Positions 8,145 to 17,976 are shown, counted from the first letter of the stretch. The stretch: DNA of 32,000 nucleotides from Promethearchaeota archaeon (GCA_030606485.1 JAUWGH010000002.1:270001-302000), one strand, 5' to 3'. Program-made: numbers and translations. Notes: generated by a model from the letters alone, not told the origin.

Positions 8145-9608
8145 ATGAATTTAGAGAAGTTATTTAAACCGAAATCTATGGCAGTTGTTGGAATTTCAAA
8201 GAGAAATCATCTTAGTCCAGGTCGTATTATTTTACTTAAAAATGAATTCGAAATGAATGTGAAAGTTTACGGGATTTATCCAGATGGAGGACAAATTGAA
8301 GGAATTAAGCTATATGACCGTTTGGATAAATTGTCAGAAATTCCTGATATGTTAGTATTAGCAATCGGGCCGGATGACACGCTAAAATATATACAAGAAT
8401 GTGCGGATTTAGGAATTCCCGCGAGTGTTATCATTGGAGGCGGTTTTGCAGAAATTGGAGGAGAAGGAATAATACGCCAAAAGAAATTAGAGAGAATTGC
8501 CTTTGAAAATGATATAGCTGTTCTTGGGCCGAATTGCCTTGGGGTTTACGCACCTCCATTAGTTGATACGATATTTTTACCTACAGAACGTATCACAAGA
8601 CCTCCGAAAGGTTCTGTAGCGTTAATAAGCCAATCGGGAGGCGTGCTCGTAGATTCGTTTTTTAATAAATTTTTCGAAAGAAATATAGGAGTTTCTACCG
8701 CGGTTTCTATTGGTAATCGAGCAGTTGTTGATGAGGTTATGTTATTAGAATATTTTAGCAAAATTGATAAAGAAACAAGTAATATTGCTTTTTATTTAGA
8801 AGGATTTAAAGAAGGTAAAGCAAGAGATTTTTTAAGGCTGGCAAAGGAATCAGAAGATACGGTTATTACATTTTTTGGAGGTAAAACGAGCGAGGGAAAA
8901 GTTGCAACTCAGTCTCATACCGCCAGTTTGGCAGGAGACTTTAAAATCATTTCAGCTGCGTTAAGGCAACATCAAATAATTCAACCAAATTCAGAAAGAG
9001 AGTTATTAACGTGTTTAAAAGTTTATGATGTCCTTTCCCATCGAAAAAACCCTTTTGGTAAAAATGTAATAACGTATGGAGATGTTGCGATAGTATCCGT
9101 TTCTGGTGGTCATGCTGTGTTAGCGAGCGATATGTTAAAGAAATACGGGTTGAACGCCGTAAAATTTACAGATCAAGAGAAGAAAGAGTTAAAAGGATTA
9201 ATGAATCCTGTAGCTCAAAAAATTGCTTCTTTTAATAATCCTATTGATTTAACTGGGTCGGTTCTCGATAAAGATATTGAAGATATTATCCGTTATCTGT
9301 CTGATATTGAAAGAATTGAATGTATTATATTATTATTGCTCCCTTATCCGCCTAATATTTCATTCCAAATCGGTAGAAGAATTGCTAATATAGTATCAAC
9401 TAAAAATAAGCCATTGGTTTGTTTTATACCATATGTTTCGAAGTATTCTTTAATAATCGAGTCTTTAGAACTTGCTAATATACCTGTTTTTCATTCGATA
9501 AAAGAATCTGTCCAAGCAGTTTCTGCGCTTAAGCATCGAACTAGAATAGAAAATATTAAAAGTGGAAACATTTTCTGGGAAAAAAAACTTAGTTTCTTAA
9601 AAAAGTAA
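8145..9608 (+). CDS. Acetate/acyl-CoA ligase (ADP-forming) alpha-subunit-like protein (CoA-binding + ligase domains, no ATP-grasp)
   Basis: LFKPKSMAVVG, GPNCLG, ISQSGG, SIGN, phospho-His region SHTASLAG, NPIDLTG. Confidence 0.88.
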   Translation: MNLEKLFKPKSMAVVGISKRNHLSPGRIILLKNEFEMNVKVYGIYPDGGQIEGIKLYDRLDKLSEIPDMLVLAIGPDDTLKYIQECADLGIPASVIIGGGFAEIGGEGIIRQKKLERIAFENDIAVLGPNCLGVYAPPLVDTIFLPTERITRPPKGSVALISQSGGVLVDSFFNKFFERNIGVSTAVSIGNRAVVDEVMLLEYFSKIDKETSNIAFYLEGFKEGKARDFLRLAKESEDTVITFFGGKTSEGKVATQSHTASLAGDFKIISAALRQHQIIQPNSERELLTCLKVYDVLSHRKNPFGKNVITYGDVAIVSVSGGHAVLASDMLKKYGLNAVKFTDQEKKELKGLMNPVAQKIASFNNPIDLTGSVLDKDIEDIIRYLSDIERIECIILLLLPYPPNISFQIGRRIANIVSTKNKPLVCFIPYVSKYSLIIESLELANIPVFHSIKESVQAVSALKHRTRIENIKSGNIFWEKKLSFLKK

Positions 9609-9736
9609 GTTAAATATTTATTAATAGACAGATTACTCTTTTTTTAAATATAGCAACATACTTTTAACTATTTTTTTATTAAAAAATAGATTTTTTAAAC
9701 CTTTTTTAAAATTTAATAAATTAATGAAATTCGATG

Positions 9737-10002
9737 TTTATGCTGAATAATTTATTTTTATTGATAAAGGAAGATCCCGTGAAGACGAACCGGCCCAAAT
9801 CGTAAAGCTTCCAGTTTCAGCTTTGAATTTATGCTCTTGTTCCGAATAGAATTCGAATGCTGATTCATTTAATGTGATTGAAACAGTTTTTTTCTCTCCA
9901 GGTTCTAAATAGACTTTTTCAAAGCCTTGCAGTTCTTTTGGTGGGCGATCTACTGAACATTCATCATCACTAAGATAGGCTTGAACAATTTCCGCTCCCA
10001 GT
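9737..10002 (-). pseudogene. Orphan 3' fragment of a GH3 beta-glucosidase (Fn3-like tail); direct repeat of 15261-15526
   Basis: 266 bp with 13 mismatches by manual alignment. Translates LGAEIVQAYLSDDECSVDRPPKELQGFEK...LSIKINYSA*, with no own start. Confidence 0.93.
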
Positions 10003-10111
10003 CTTCCTTCGAGCTTTTCAAAATTGGTTCAATCTTTTCTAAATTATTAAACATTTCGTTAACTGCCGATTCTAAGCCTTGTTTAGTATCGACTATAAAC
10101 ACTTCTGTCAT
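10003..10111 (-). pseudogene. Truncated 5' end of another gene (MTEVFIVDTKQGLESAVNEMFNNLEKIEPILKSSKE), joined out of frame to the GH3 fragment
   Basis: ATG at 10111 and 36 protein-like codons up to the junction; the frame then stops at 9950. Resemblance to the N-terminus of archaeal DUF362 proteins is from memory and unverified. Confidence 0.55.
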
Positions 10112-10182
10112 TCTTTAAACACCAATTATATTTAGTAGCAATATTGTTTATTATAATATTTATAATATTTCATAACAAAATT

Positions 10183-10205
10183 TATATATCAATAATCGAT
10201 ATATA
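10183..10205. promoter_or_regulatory. Palindromic operator candidate TATATATC-N7-GATATATA overlapping a TATA-like TTTATATA
   Basis: Perfect 8-bp inverted repeat ~65 bp upstream of the PadR gene. Confidence 0.5.
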
Positions 10206-10270
10206 TCCATAACTGAGATATTATATAATTTATATTTTCTTATAAACTATTTTTTTAAAGGTTTAACGCG

Positions 10271-10858
10271 ATGGTTGAAGAAATTACAAAGAATTTTGAA
10301 AAAGCAATGAAAAAAGGCTTTATTAGCGCGCTTATATTGTTAATTCTCGAGAAGAACCCCTCATACGGTTATAAAATTAGCAAAGACATGACTAGCCGAA
10401 CTCTCGGAATATGGTCCCCTCCCGCATCTACAATGTATACAGTGCTTAAAGAAATGACTAAAAATGGCTTAATTACATACATAGAGCAACAAGAAGAAGG
10501 GAGAACTAGGAAAATTTACGAAGTAACAAAAAAAGGAGAAGAAACACTAAAATTGATGCTTGAAAAGCAACAAATAATTAATGAGTCAATAGAAACACTA
10601 ATGGCGGCAACAATAGGCTCAGATAAGAAATTATCAGGACATTTTTTTCCAAGACATGGGCCATTTAACTTCTTTTTCGAAAAACTTGAAGAAAAATCCG
10701 AAGAGGAGAAATTAAAATTATTAGAGTTTCATAAATTGAAACTTTCGGGAAAAATCAAACGATTAAACGAACAATATCAGAAAATTGAGGAAGTAATCTT
10801 ACAATTAAAAAATAAAGCGTTTGATAAAAACTCAGAGGAGGAGCAAAAAGTAGTATGA
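10271..10858 (+). CDS. PadR-family transcriptional regulator with C-terminal coiled coil
   Basis: LILLILEKNPSYGYKI, S-T-M-Y-T-V-L, GRTRKIYEVTKKG. ATGA overlap with the next gene. Confidence 0.92.
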   Translation: MVEEITKNFEKAMKKGFISALILLILEKNPSYGYKISKDMTSRTLGIWSPPASTMYTVLKEMTKNGLITYIEQQEEGRTRKIYEVTKKGEETLKLMLEKQQIINESIETLMAATIGSDKKLSGHFFPRHGPFNFFFEKLEEKSEEEKLKLLEFHKLKLSGKIKRLNEQYQKIEEVILQLKNKAFDKNSEEEQKVV

Positions 10859-12642
10859 ATACTTTTAAAATGATTTTAAAATATTGGATGAAATCTAAGA
10901 AGGATTTCATTCTCGAAATAATCTATTTATTAATGTCTACGCTGTTTTTAGTAATCATCCCAATATTAATAGGAAGAATGATTGGTGGTTTAGATCCGAA
11001 TCTTTCAGTGCTTTCTAATGCTAGTGAGCTAATCATTTCATTTAGCTTAATTCTTATGTTTGGTTTTCTAGCCTTTATGTTGGAAAGAGCCGCGCGATTA
11101 AGAGGAGCTGAGGTTTCCTCAAGAGCAGTTTATTATCTTCGCACAGATATCAACAACGCCATTTCTCGACAATCTTTTTCTTATTTTGATAAAACTGAGA
11201 CGGGTCAATTAATTTCACGAGCTACAAGTGATGTGGAAGAAAGCGAACAAATCTTTGGTATGGGGTTGAATTTAGGACTTAGATCCATTCTCCAATTAGG
11301 AGGTGTCACTATCGGGTTCATTTTTTTTAGCATAGAATTATCTTGGTTATTGTCAATAGCCATTGGAAGTTCTCTTTTATTATCGTATTATCTTGCTAAA
11401 AAGTTAAAACCAATATTTTTAGAGACTCGGAATAGTTTTGGGGAATTAACTAATACAATTAGAGAAAATATAGTGGGCGCTCAAGTAGTAAGGATGTTTA
11501 ATACTCAAGGTAAAGAACGTCAAAAATTTTCTAAAAACAATGAGCGGTTTTATAAAGCTAGCGTTCATTCAGTAAAATTGAATTCACTCTATATGCCAAG
11601 CATATACATAATAATCGGCTTCATGACCGTATTCACATTATTAGTTGGTGGAATTTGGGTAATAGAAGGGGTAATGACGTTAGCTACCTTGATTACTTTA
11701 CAATCATTTATCGCGACTCTTGGATTCCCTTTAGTTATGTTAGGACAAATTATGTTGATGTACATTCAAGCCGATGCAGCTTTAACTCGCGTGAGAGATG
11801 TTTTAGAATCAACTCCAGAAGTTAAAGATTTACCAGACGCAACCCCAATTGAACATATGAAAGGTGATGTAGAATTTGAAAACGTTTCTTTTGGTTACAC
11901 TTCTGACCATAGGATTTTAAAAAATGTGTCATTTAATATTGCTTCTGGAAAACAATTAGCAATCCTCGGAACGACAGGTTCGGGAAAATCTACAATTATC
12001 AATTTAATTCCTCGGTTTTATGAAGTAAATGATGGCTTAATCAAAATTGATCAAGAAGATATCCGGAAGTATCGTCTAGAGGATTTAAGGAAAAATGTTG
12101 GGATTGTCTCTCAAGAAACATTTTTGTTCAATAAAAGCATTGCTGATAATATTTCGTATGGCAAAGAAAACGCAACTATGGAAGAAATAATTGAAGCGGT
12201 TAAAATTGCCAATTTACATGATTTTATCATTTCTTTACCAAAAGAATATGATACTATAGTAGGTGAACGTGGTACAAGGCTGTCAGGGGGTCAAAAACAA
12301 CGTCTTTCTATTGCTCGTGCGTTAATTATAAAGCCAAAAATTCTAATTTTTGACGATTCTACCAGTTCTGTAGATGTTGAGACTGAATTTGAAATTCAAA
12401 AAGGATTAGAAAAAATCACTAAGGGAACTACAACTTTCATTATTACTCAACGAATTTCGACTATTCGTAATGCTGATAAGATATTAGTTTTAGATAAAGG
12501 AAGGGTAATAGGTTTTGGTATTCACGATGATTTAATTAAAACTAATGTGTTATATAGACAAATTTATGAAACATTATATTACAAACAAAAGTCATTACCA
12601 GATTTTAAACAAAATACTAGTAATAAAGGTGATCTTCCATGA
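10855..12642 (+). CDS. ABC exporter TMD-NBD subunit 1 (TM287/TmrB-like half with degenerate Walker B and switch)
   Basis: 6-TM domain, Walker A GTTGSGKST, LSGGQKQR, Walker B IFDD (D for E), switch ITQR (Q for H). Confidence 0.93.
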   Translation: MNTFKMILKYWMKSKKDFILEIIYLLMSTLFLVIIPILIGRMIGGLDPNLSVLSNASELIISFSLILMFGFLAFMLERAARLRGAEVSSRAVYYLRTDINNAISRQSFSYFDKTETGQLISRATSDVEESEQIFGMGLNLGLRSILQLGGVTIGFIFFSIELSWLLSIAIGSSLLLSYYLAKKLKPIFLETRNSFGELTNTIRENIVGAQVVRMFNTQGKERQKFSKNNERFYKASVHSVKLNSLYMPSIYIIIGFMTVFTLLVGGIWVIEGVMTLATLITLQSFIATLGFPLVMLGQIMLMYIQADAALTRVRDVLESTPEVKDLPDATPIEHMKGDVEFENVSFGYTSDHRILKNVSFNIASGKQLAILGTTGSGKSTIINLIPRFYEVNDGLIKIDQEDIRKYRLEDLRKNVGIVSQETFLFNKSIADNISYGKENATMEEIIEAVKIANLHDFIISLPKEYDTIVGERGTRLSGGQKQRLSIARALIIKPKILIFDDSTSSVDVETEFEIQKGLEKITKGTTTFIITQRISTIRNADKILVLDKGRVIGFGIHDDLIKTNVLYRQIYETLYYKQKSLPDFKQNTSNKGDLP

Positions 12643-15179
12643 GTAATGCAGAAGAAAAAAAAGAGAGAAATGAAGAAAAAAAAATCAATCAGCCGTCTTT
12701 AGGTTTTCATCGGCGTCCCTCGTTTGGAGAAGGTAAACCAGACTTAGAACATCCTAGCAAGGTTCTGTGGAAATGGATGCTTTCATATCTAAAATCGCTT
12801 AAATGGAAATTTGTGCTGTATACTATACTTCTATTATTAGGGACCATAATTTTAACCATAAGTCCGCTAGTTTCTGCGACTTTAATAGATAATGGGATTA
12901 TAGCAAAGGATCCATATTACGTAATAATCATGAGTGTAGTGTTTTTAAGCCTACTCGTCTTCATGGCAATCACAACTTATATTTCTCAATATGGTATGGG
13001 AAAAATATCGCAAGAAGTTACATACAAAGTAAGAAATGATCTCTTTTTTAAATTGCAAGACATGTCTCTTAATTATTTTGATCAACGTCCATCAGGAGAT
13101 ATAATCTCAATTACAACTAACGACGTTACTCAACTAAACTTACTAATAGGAGGGCAATTTGTACAGATAATAACCAATATTGTATCCATTAGTATTACTA
13201 TATTAATTATGTTCTTGCTCAACGTCTATTTAGCCTTAATCAGCTTGATAATAATTCCGATATTTTTTGTTTTGGCATTTTTTATTCAAAAAATTATAAT
13301 AGGTGTTTTTAAGAAGGCTAGAGAAACGATTGGTCAAGTTACAACTTCAATTCAAGAGAATATTGCAGGAGCGAAGATAGTAAAAGCATATGGGCAAGAA
13401 AAAAGAGCATCCTCCGAATTTGATCAAGCAAATACAGCTAATTATAAGATAATGGTTAAGATTAGAAGAATCATGGCGACAATTTTCCCTCTATTTACCT
13501 TAATAGTTACGGTTCTCACAGTGATTATACTATTACTTGGAGGCTTTATCGCAATTGGAGAAATTAATGTTTTTGGTATAACTGTTTCGATTGGAGTTCT
13601 AGTTGCCTTTATTTCGTTACTTTCTCAATTTTTCCGCCCATTCATGATGTTATTACAGATGCAACAGATTATAGGAAGCGCTTTGGCAGCTTCAGATCGT
13701 ATATTATCTGTATTGGAAGAGAACGTAGAAATACCTGAGCCAATAAGTGCGAAAAATTTTTCCGAACCTAAAGGAAGTATTGAGTTTATTAACGTTAGTT
13801 TTGGCTACATTTTAGATAATAATAAGGGAAAACAATCACCCGAAATTACATCTGGATCTCAAGCACCTGACGCACGAAAACTCATGTTGCAAAATCCAAT
13901 GATTAAAAAAGCAATAGAAATGATGAAAACTTTCCCGGAACCATATTCCTCTTTCATGCTTAAAAACAGTATGGACATGCCTCAAAATGTTCGACAGAAA
14001 TTGTTCATGAGCTTAATGGGAGTTAAGCCCGAGGAGGTCCCTAAGATAATTGATGAAATTTTAGACGAATACCATTATGCCGTTCCAAATACAGATTTAG
14101 CAGAAAAACATCCTGAATATGACACATCCTTTAAAAATAAAGATGGCGATCTAAAGAAAGGCATGCCTTCAAAAGATCAATTGTCAATGGGGCAAATAAT
14201 TCCTCCCAAAATGATCGAAATGATGGTTAAAAACTTAGAAAAAATGCTTCGCTCAAAATCAGGTTTTAAACAACCAACTAGTGGTGGAATGGGGGGAGAC
14301 AGTCAAGGACTAATGGGCGTTGGCGCAATGCAGATGCCTCCTCAAGCAATCCTCGAAACACTTGCCAGCATATCAATTCCTCCGGAGATCTCAAATAAGA
14401 TTCCAAAAGTAGTGAAAGATGCTATAGAAGAAAAAAAGATATTAATTAAACGCCAACAATCTAAAGGTTACGTATTAAAAGATTTAAATCTTAAGGTACC
14501 TCCTGGCGCTACTCTGGCGATTGCTGGTGAGACTGGCGCAGGAAAAACAACGTTAGTAAAACTTCTCGCTCGATTTTACGACGTAAATATCGGAAAAATA
14601 CAAGTTGATGGGATCGATATTCGGGAAGTAAACAAAAAGGACTTACGAGGATTAATAGGATTTGTTCCTCAGGATGCCTATCTTTTTACGGGAACTATCA
14701 AAGAGAATTTACTCTATGGCATTGATAATCCCACCCCTGAAATCGAAAATAAGATGTTTGAAGTTTCTAAATTCTTAGGATTACACAATTTTGTTGAAAC
14801 TTTAAACAAGAAATACGATAAAAGAATAAAAGAAAATGGGTCTAACATTTCTATAGGACAACGCCAATTAATAGCTTTTGCTCGAGCTCTAATTACTGAC
14901 CCTAAAATTTTGATTTTAGACGAAGCAACTTCTTCTGTGGACCCATATACCGAGACTTTGATCCAAGACGCTTTAAATAAAGCCCGTAAGGGTCGTACCA
15001 CCATTATCATCGCACATCGCTTATCAACGATAAAGAATGCAGATCAGATAATAGTTCTAGGTTCTGATAAACATGGTATCGTAGAACAAGGGGACCATGA
15101 AAGTTTATTAGCTTTAAACGGTAAATATAAACGTCTTTTAGAAATGCAACGCCGAGATATTGAAATTAACAATCAATAA
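12639..15179 (+). CDS. ABC exporter TMD-NBD subunit 2 (TM288/TmrA-like) with ~220-aa insertion in the NBD
   Basis: Walker A GETGAGKTT, degenerate signature ISIGQRQL, Walker B ILDEAT, IAHRL; insertion at 13809-14468. Confidence 0.92.
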   Translation: MSNAEEKKERNEEKKINQPSLGFHRRPSFGEGKPDLEHPSKVLWKWMLSYLKSLKWKFVLYTILLLLGTIILTISPLVSATLIDNGIIAKDPYYVIIMSVVFLSLLVFMAITTYISQYGMGKISQEVTYKVRNDLFFKLQDMSLNYFDQRPSGDIISITTNDVTQLNLLIGGQFVQIITNIVSISITILIMFLLNVYLALISLIIIPIFFVLAFFIQKIIIGVFKKARETIGQVTTSIQENIAGAKIVKAYGQEKRASSEFDQANTANYKIMVKIRRIMATIFPLFTLIVTVLTVIILLLGGFIAIGEINVFGITVSIGVLVAFISLLSQFFRPFMMLLQMQQIIGSALAASDRILSVLEENVEIPEPISAKNFSEPKGSIEFINVSFGYILDNNKGKQSPEITSGSQAPDARKLMLQNPMIKKAIEMMKTFPEPYSSFMLKNSMDMPQNVRQKLFMSLMGVKPEEVPKIIDEILDEYHYAVPNTDLAEKHPEYDTSFKNKDGDLKKGMPSKDQLSMGQIIPPKMIEMMVKNLEKMLRSKSGFKQPTSGGMGGDSQGLMGVGAMQMPPQAILETLASISIPPEISNKIPKVVKDAIEEKKILIKRQQSKGYVLKDLNLKVPPGATLAIAGETGAGKTTLVKLLARFYDVNIGKIQVDGIDIREVNKKDLRGLIGFVPQDAYLFTGTIKENLLYGIDNPTPEIENKMFEVSKFLGLHNFVETLNKKYDKRIKENGSNISIGQRQLIAFARALITDPKILILDEATSSVDPYTETLIQDALNKARKGRTTIIIAHRLSTIKNADQIIVLGSDKHGIVEQGDHESLLALNGKYKRLLEMQRRDIEINNQ

Positions 15180-15260
15180 TTTTAATTTTTTTTAATTCTT
15201 AAGTGAAAAAACTAAATTAATTTTGATGCGACTTTTTTTAGAAAAACAGTTGGAAAAAAA

Positions 15261-15526
15261 TTTATGCTGAATAATTTATTTTTATTGATAAAGGAAGATC
15301 CCGTGAAGACGAACCGGCCCAAATCGTAAAAGTCCCAGTCTCAGCTTTGAATTTATGCTCTTGTTCCGAATAGAATTCTAATGCTGATTCATTTAATTTG
15401 ATTGAAACAGGTTTTTTCTCTCCAGGTTCTAAATAGACTTTTTCAAAGCCTTGAAGTTCTTTTGGTGGGCGATCCACTGAACATTCATCATCACTAAGAT
15501 AGATTTGGACAACTTCCGCTCCCAGT
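15261..15526 (-). repeat. 266-bp direct repeat, copy within the intact GH3 gene
   Basis: ~95% identical to 9737-10002; the first 70 bp are identical. Confidence 0.95.
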
Positions 15527-17322
15527 TTGTCTCCAATGTTCTTTACATCTACAGAAACCGTAAATGTTCCCTGTCCTTGGAGATTGGATTTGTCTAATTG
15601 AATATTGGACATTTCAAAAGTTGTGTACGATAGGCCAAATCCGAATGGGAAGAAGGGTTCAACTTGATGTTTATCGAAGTATCGATATCCAACGTATATG
15701 CCTTCATCGAAGTAAATTTTCAGTTCCTCTAAATCACCGGGGAATCGTTTTTTAGATTTATGTGCCGGGTGATCTTCGAGTTTCTTGGGATAGGTCACCG
15801 GTAATTTACCGGATGGGTTTATCTCTCCAAATAATACTCGAGCGATTGCATCTCCACCCATCATCCCTGGATACCACGCATTAAGAATCGCAGGTACATC
15901 CTCAAACCATTCTGACAAATCAATAGGACTGCCAGCTATTAATATAACTACAGTATTCGGGTTTTTCGCCAAGGTTTCGCTTATTAATTTCTGTTGTTTA
16001 TCGGGCAGAGCATAATGGGTACGGTCTCTACCTTCGGTATCCCCCTCCCTTTTAGTGAGGAATAGCCTTAATATATTTCCTCCATGGTTAAGACCCAAAA
16101 TCAAGAACACGACATCAGCATCCTCTGGATTGGATATTATTTCAGACTTTCCAGAAACATAATTAACTATCCCGTCGTATGGTGATATAAATTTAGGTGG
16201 AACTACTGCGGAGCTCCCACCTTGCAATGGTTTACCAAATATTTTTTTTGCATTTGGACCTAAAATTGCTATTTTCTTAACTTTATCTGCTTTTAATGGC
16301 AAGAAATTTGAATCATTTTTAAGTAATACCATTCCCTCTTCAGCGATCTGTTGGGAAATTTTCTGATGCTCTGGTATATCCAATACTTTCTTAAAATGTT
16401 GTTCTGTCTTTTCAAATAATCCTACACGCATAAAAGTCCGGAGCAAAGGTCGCACGATATAATTTAAATCGTCTTTATTTATATCTCCTGCATCTAATGC
16501 CTTCTGAACATTCTTGGGCGTCATTTTTTTAAATAAAAAGAAGCCTGGCATTTCTAAATTTAGTCCTGCTTTAATGCATCCTGTTGCACCAGATGTACGT
16601 CGTGCAGCACCCCAATCTGTAACTACATGACCTGTAAATCCGAGTTGATCCCTTAAAACATCCCGAAGAATATATTTATTTTCTGCTCCATGAATTCCAT
16701 TAATTTTGTTATAACAAACCATTATACCCCAAGGGTCGGCTTTTTCAATTATTCTTTTATAATTTTTTATATAAATTTCTTGTAATGCCCGTTCACTGAT
16801 TTCGGTGCTTATTTTCATTCGTTTCGTTTCTGAATTATTCGTTAGATAATGTTTTACACAAGAAGCTATTTTTTGAGATTGAATCCCTTTTACCACTTCA
16901 GCAACAATATCGGATGATAGTACAGGATCTTCACTTAAATATTCGAAATTTCTGCCACATAATGGAGATCGAATGATATTAACCCCCGGTCCGAGAATTT
17001 GATGACGGCCTGATAATTTCACTTCTTTACCAATCGCTTCCCCCATTTTATAAGCTAATTGTTTGTTCCAAGTCGATGCAAGCCCGATTGTGGCAGGGAA
17101 TCTCGTTCTATGCCCTCTATGACTTGAATGCCATGCGACCCCAAGAGGACCATCAGTCATACCAAAAGAAGGTATCTTCAACCGTTCGATCGGGTTGGTG
17201 GTCCAAAAATCACGTCCTCGAATTAAAAGAATTTTTTCTTCAATCGTTAGGCGGTTCAAAAGGTCTTCCACGCGATTTTCCTCAGTAGCATTTTGATCTA
17301 GATATAGGATATTTTTCTCCAT
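15262..17322 (-). CDS. bglX: Glycoside hydrolase family 3 (beta-glucosidase/xylosidase, BglX-like)
   Basis: TDGPLG, GPGVNIIRSPLCGRNFEY, KHY, YNKING, nucleophile region VVTDWGA, NPSGKLP, PFGFGLSYT, Fn3-like tail. Confidence 0.95.
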   Translation of the reverse strand: MEKNILYLDQNATEENRVEDLLNRLTIEEKILLIRGRDFWTTNPIERLKIPSFGMTDGPLGVAWHSSHRGHRTRFPATIGLASTWNKQLAYKMGEAIGKEVKLSGRHQILGPGVNIIRSPLCGRNFEYLSEDPVLSSDIVAEVVKGIQSQKIASCVKHYLTNNSETKRMKISTEISERALQEIYIKNYKRIIEKADPWGIMVCYNKINGIHGAENKYILRDVLRDQLGFTGHVVTDWGAARRTSGATGCIKAGLNLEMPGFFLFKKMTPKNVQKALDAGDINKDDLNYIVRPLLRTFMRVGLFEKTEQHFKKVLDIPEHQKISQQIAEEGMVLLKNDSNFLPLKADKVKKIAILGPNAKKIFGKPLQGGSSAVVPPKFISPYDGIVNYVSGKSEIISNPEDADVVFLILGLNHGGNILRLFLTKREGDTEGRDRTHYALPDKQQKLISETLAKNPNTVVILIAGSPIDLSEWFEDVPAILNAWYPGMMGGDAIARVLFGEINPSGKLPVTYPKKLEDHPAHKSKKRFPGDLEELKIYFDEGIYVGYRYFDKHQVEPFFPFGFGLSYTTFEMSNIQLDKSNLQGQGTFTVSVDVKNIGDKLGAEVVQIYLSDDECSVDRPPKELQGFEKVYLEPGEKKPVSIKLNESALEFYSEQEHKFKAETGTFTIWAGSSSRDLPLSIKINYSA

Positions 17323-17619
17323 TTTTACCTCACAAATATAAATTTACGTATTTATACACAGAATTAGTTTCTTATGAATATTTCAATAAATATTGATAAA
17401 ATGATACTAAAAATTTTATAAACAAATCTAATTTTGGGTAATAATTAGTTTCTTGAAAATATAAATTTTATATTAAATAATAGAAAGATATCTCTCTTTT
17501 TAATTACAAATTCTTGTTTTTTAAATAAAAAAGCAAAAATTTTTGTAAATATTTAAAAACCACATCTATAAATATTTAATATACTATTTTAATCTAAAAA
17601 GGCAACGTTTGTATAGACA

Positions 17620-17976
17620 ATGAATGAAGATAGTGAATATGTGAAAAAGTTGTATAACTGTCCAGTGTGCAAGGAAACACACACTGTAAATCTTCCTAAA
17701 AATTTAGCTGATAATCGAACAAAATATCCATTTACTTACGTTTTTCTGCATGGAGAATTAAAGGACTTATTAACTACACTTTATATTGATAAAAATTTGC
17801 AAATCCGTGGAGAACGTGTAATAAAATTGATGGATGATAATATATTTTCTAAAGATCAAGTTTTAAAGATTACACAACAATTAATGAATGAGATTGTTAA
17901 TTTACAAAATGAAAATACTCACCTTCGATATGAACTAGATAAATTGAAGAAAAGTAAAATCACTGAAATTCATTAA
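17620..17976 (+). CDS. Hypothetical protein with CxxC..H putative Zn site and C-terminal coiled coil
   Basis: YNCPVCKETH, then LMNEIVNLQNENTHLRYELDKLK heptads. Confidence 0.8.
   Translation: MNEDSEYVKKLYNCPVCKETHTVNLPKNLADNRTKYPFTYVFLHGELKDLLTTLYIDKNLQIRGERVIKLMDDNIFSKDQVLKITQQLMNEIVNLQNENTHLRYELDKLKKSKITEIH

Noticed and set aside
8145-9608. Acyl-CoA ligase alpha subunit lacking an adjacent beta subunit as a novelty
   Set aside because: Split, unlinked alpha and beta genes are normal for archaeal ADP-forming ligases.
13809-14468. ABC insertion as an intein
   Set aside because: No N-terminal Cys/Ser, no terminal His-Asn followed by C/S/T, no LAGLIDADG motif.
4422-17288. ORF-track entries 4422-4646, 7042-7242, 8546-8761, 14714-15010, 15564-15755, 17076-17288
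   Set aside because: Antisense shadows inside confidently assigned genes.
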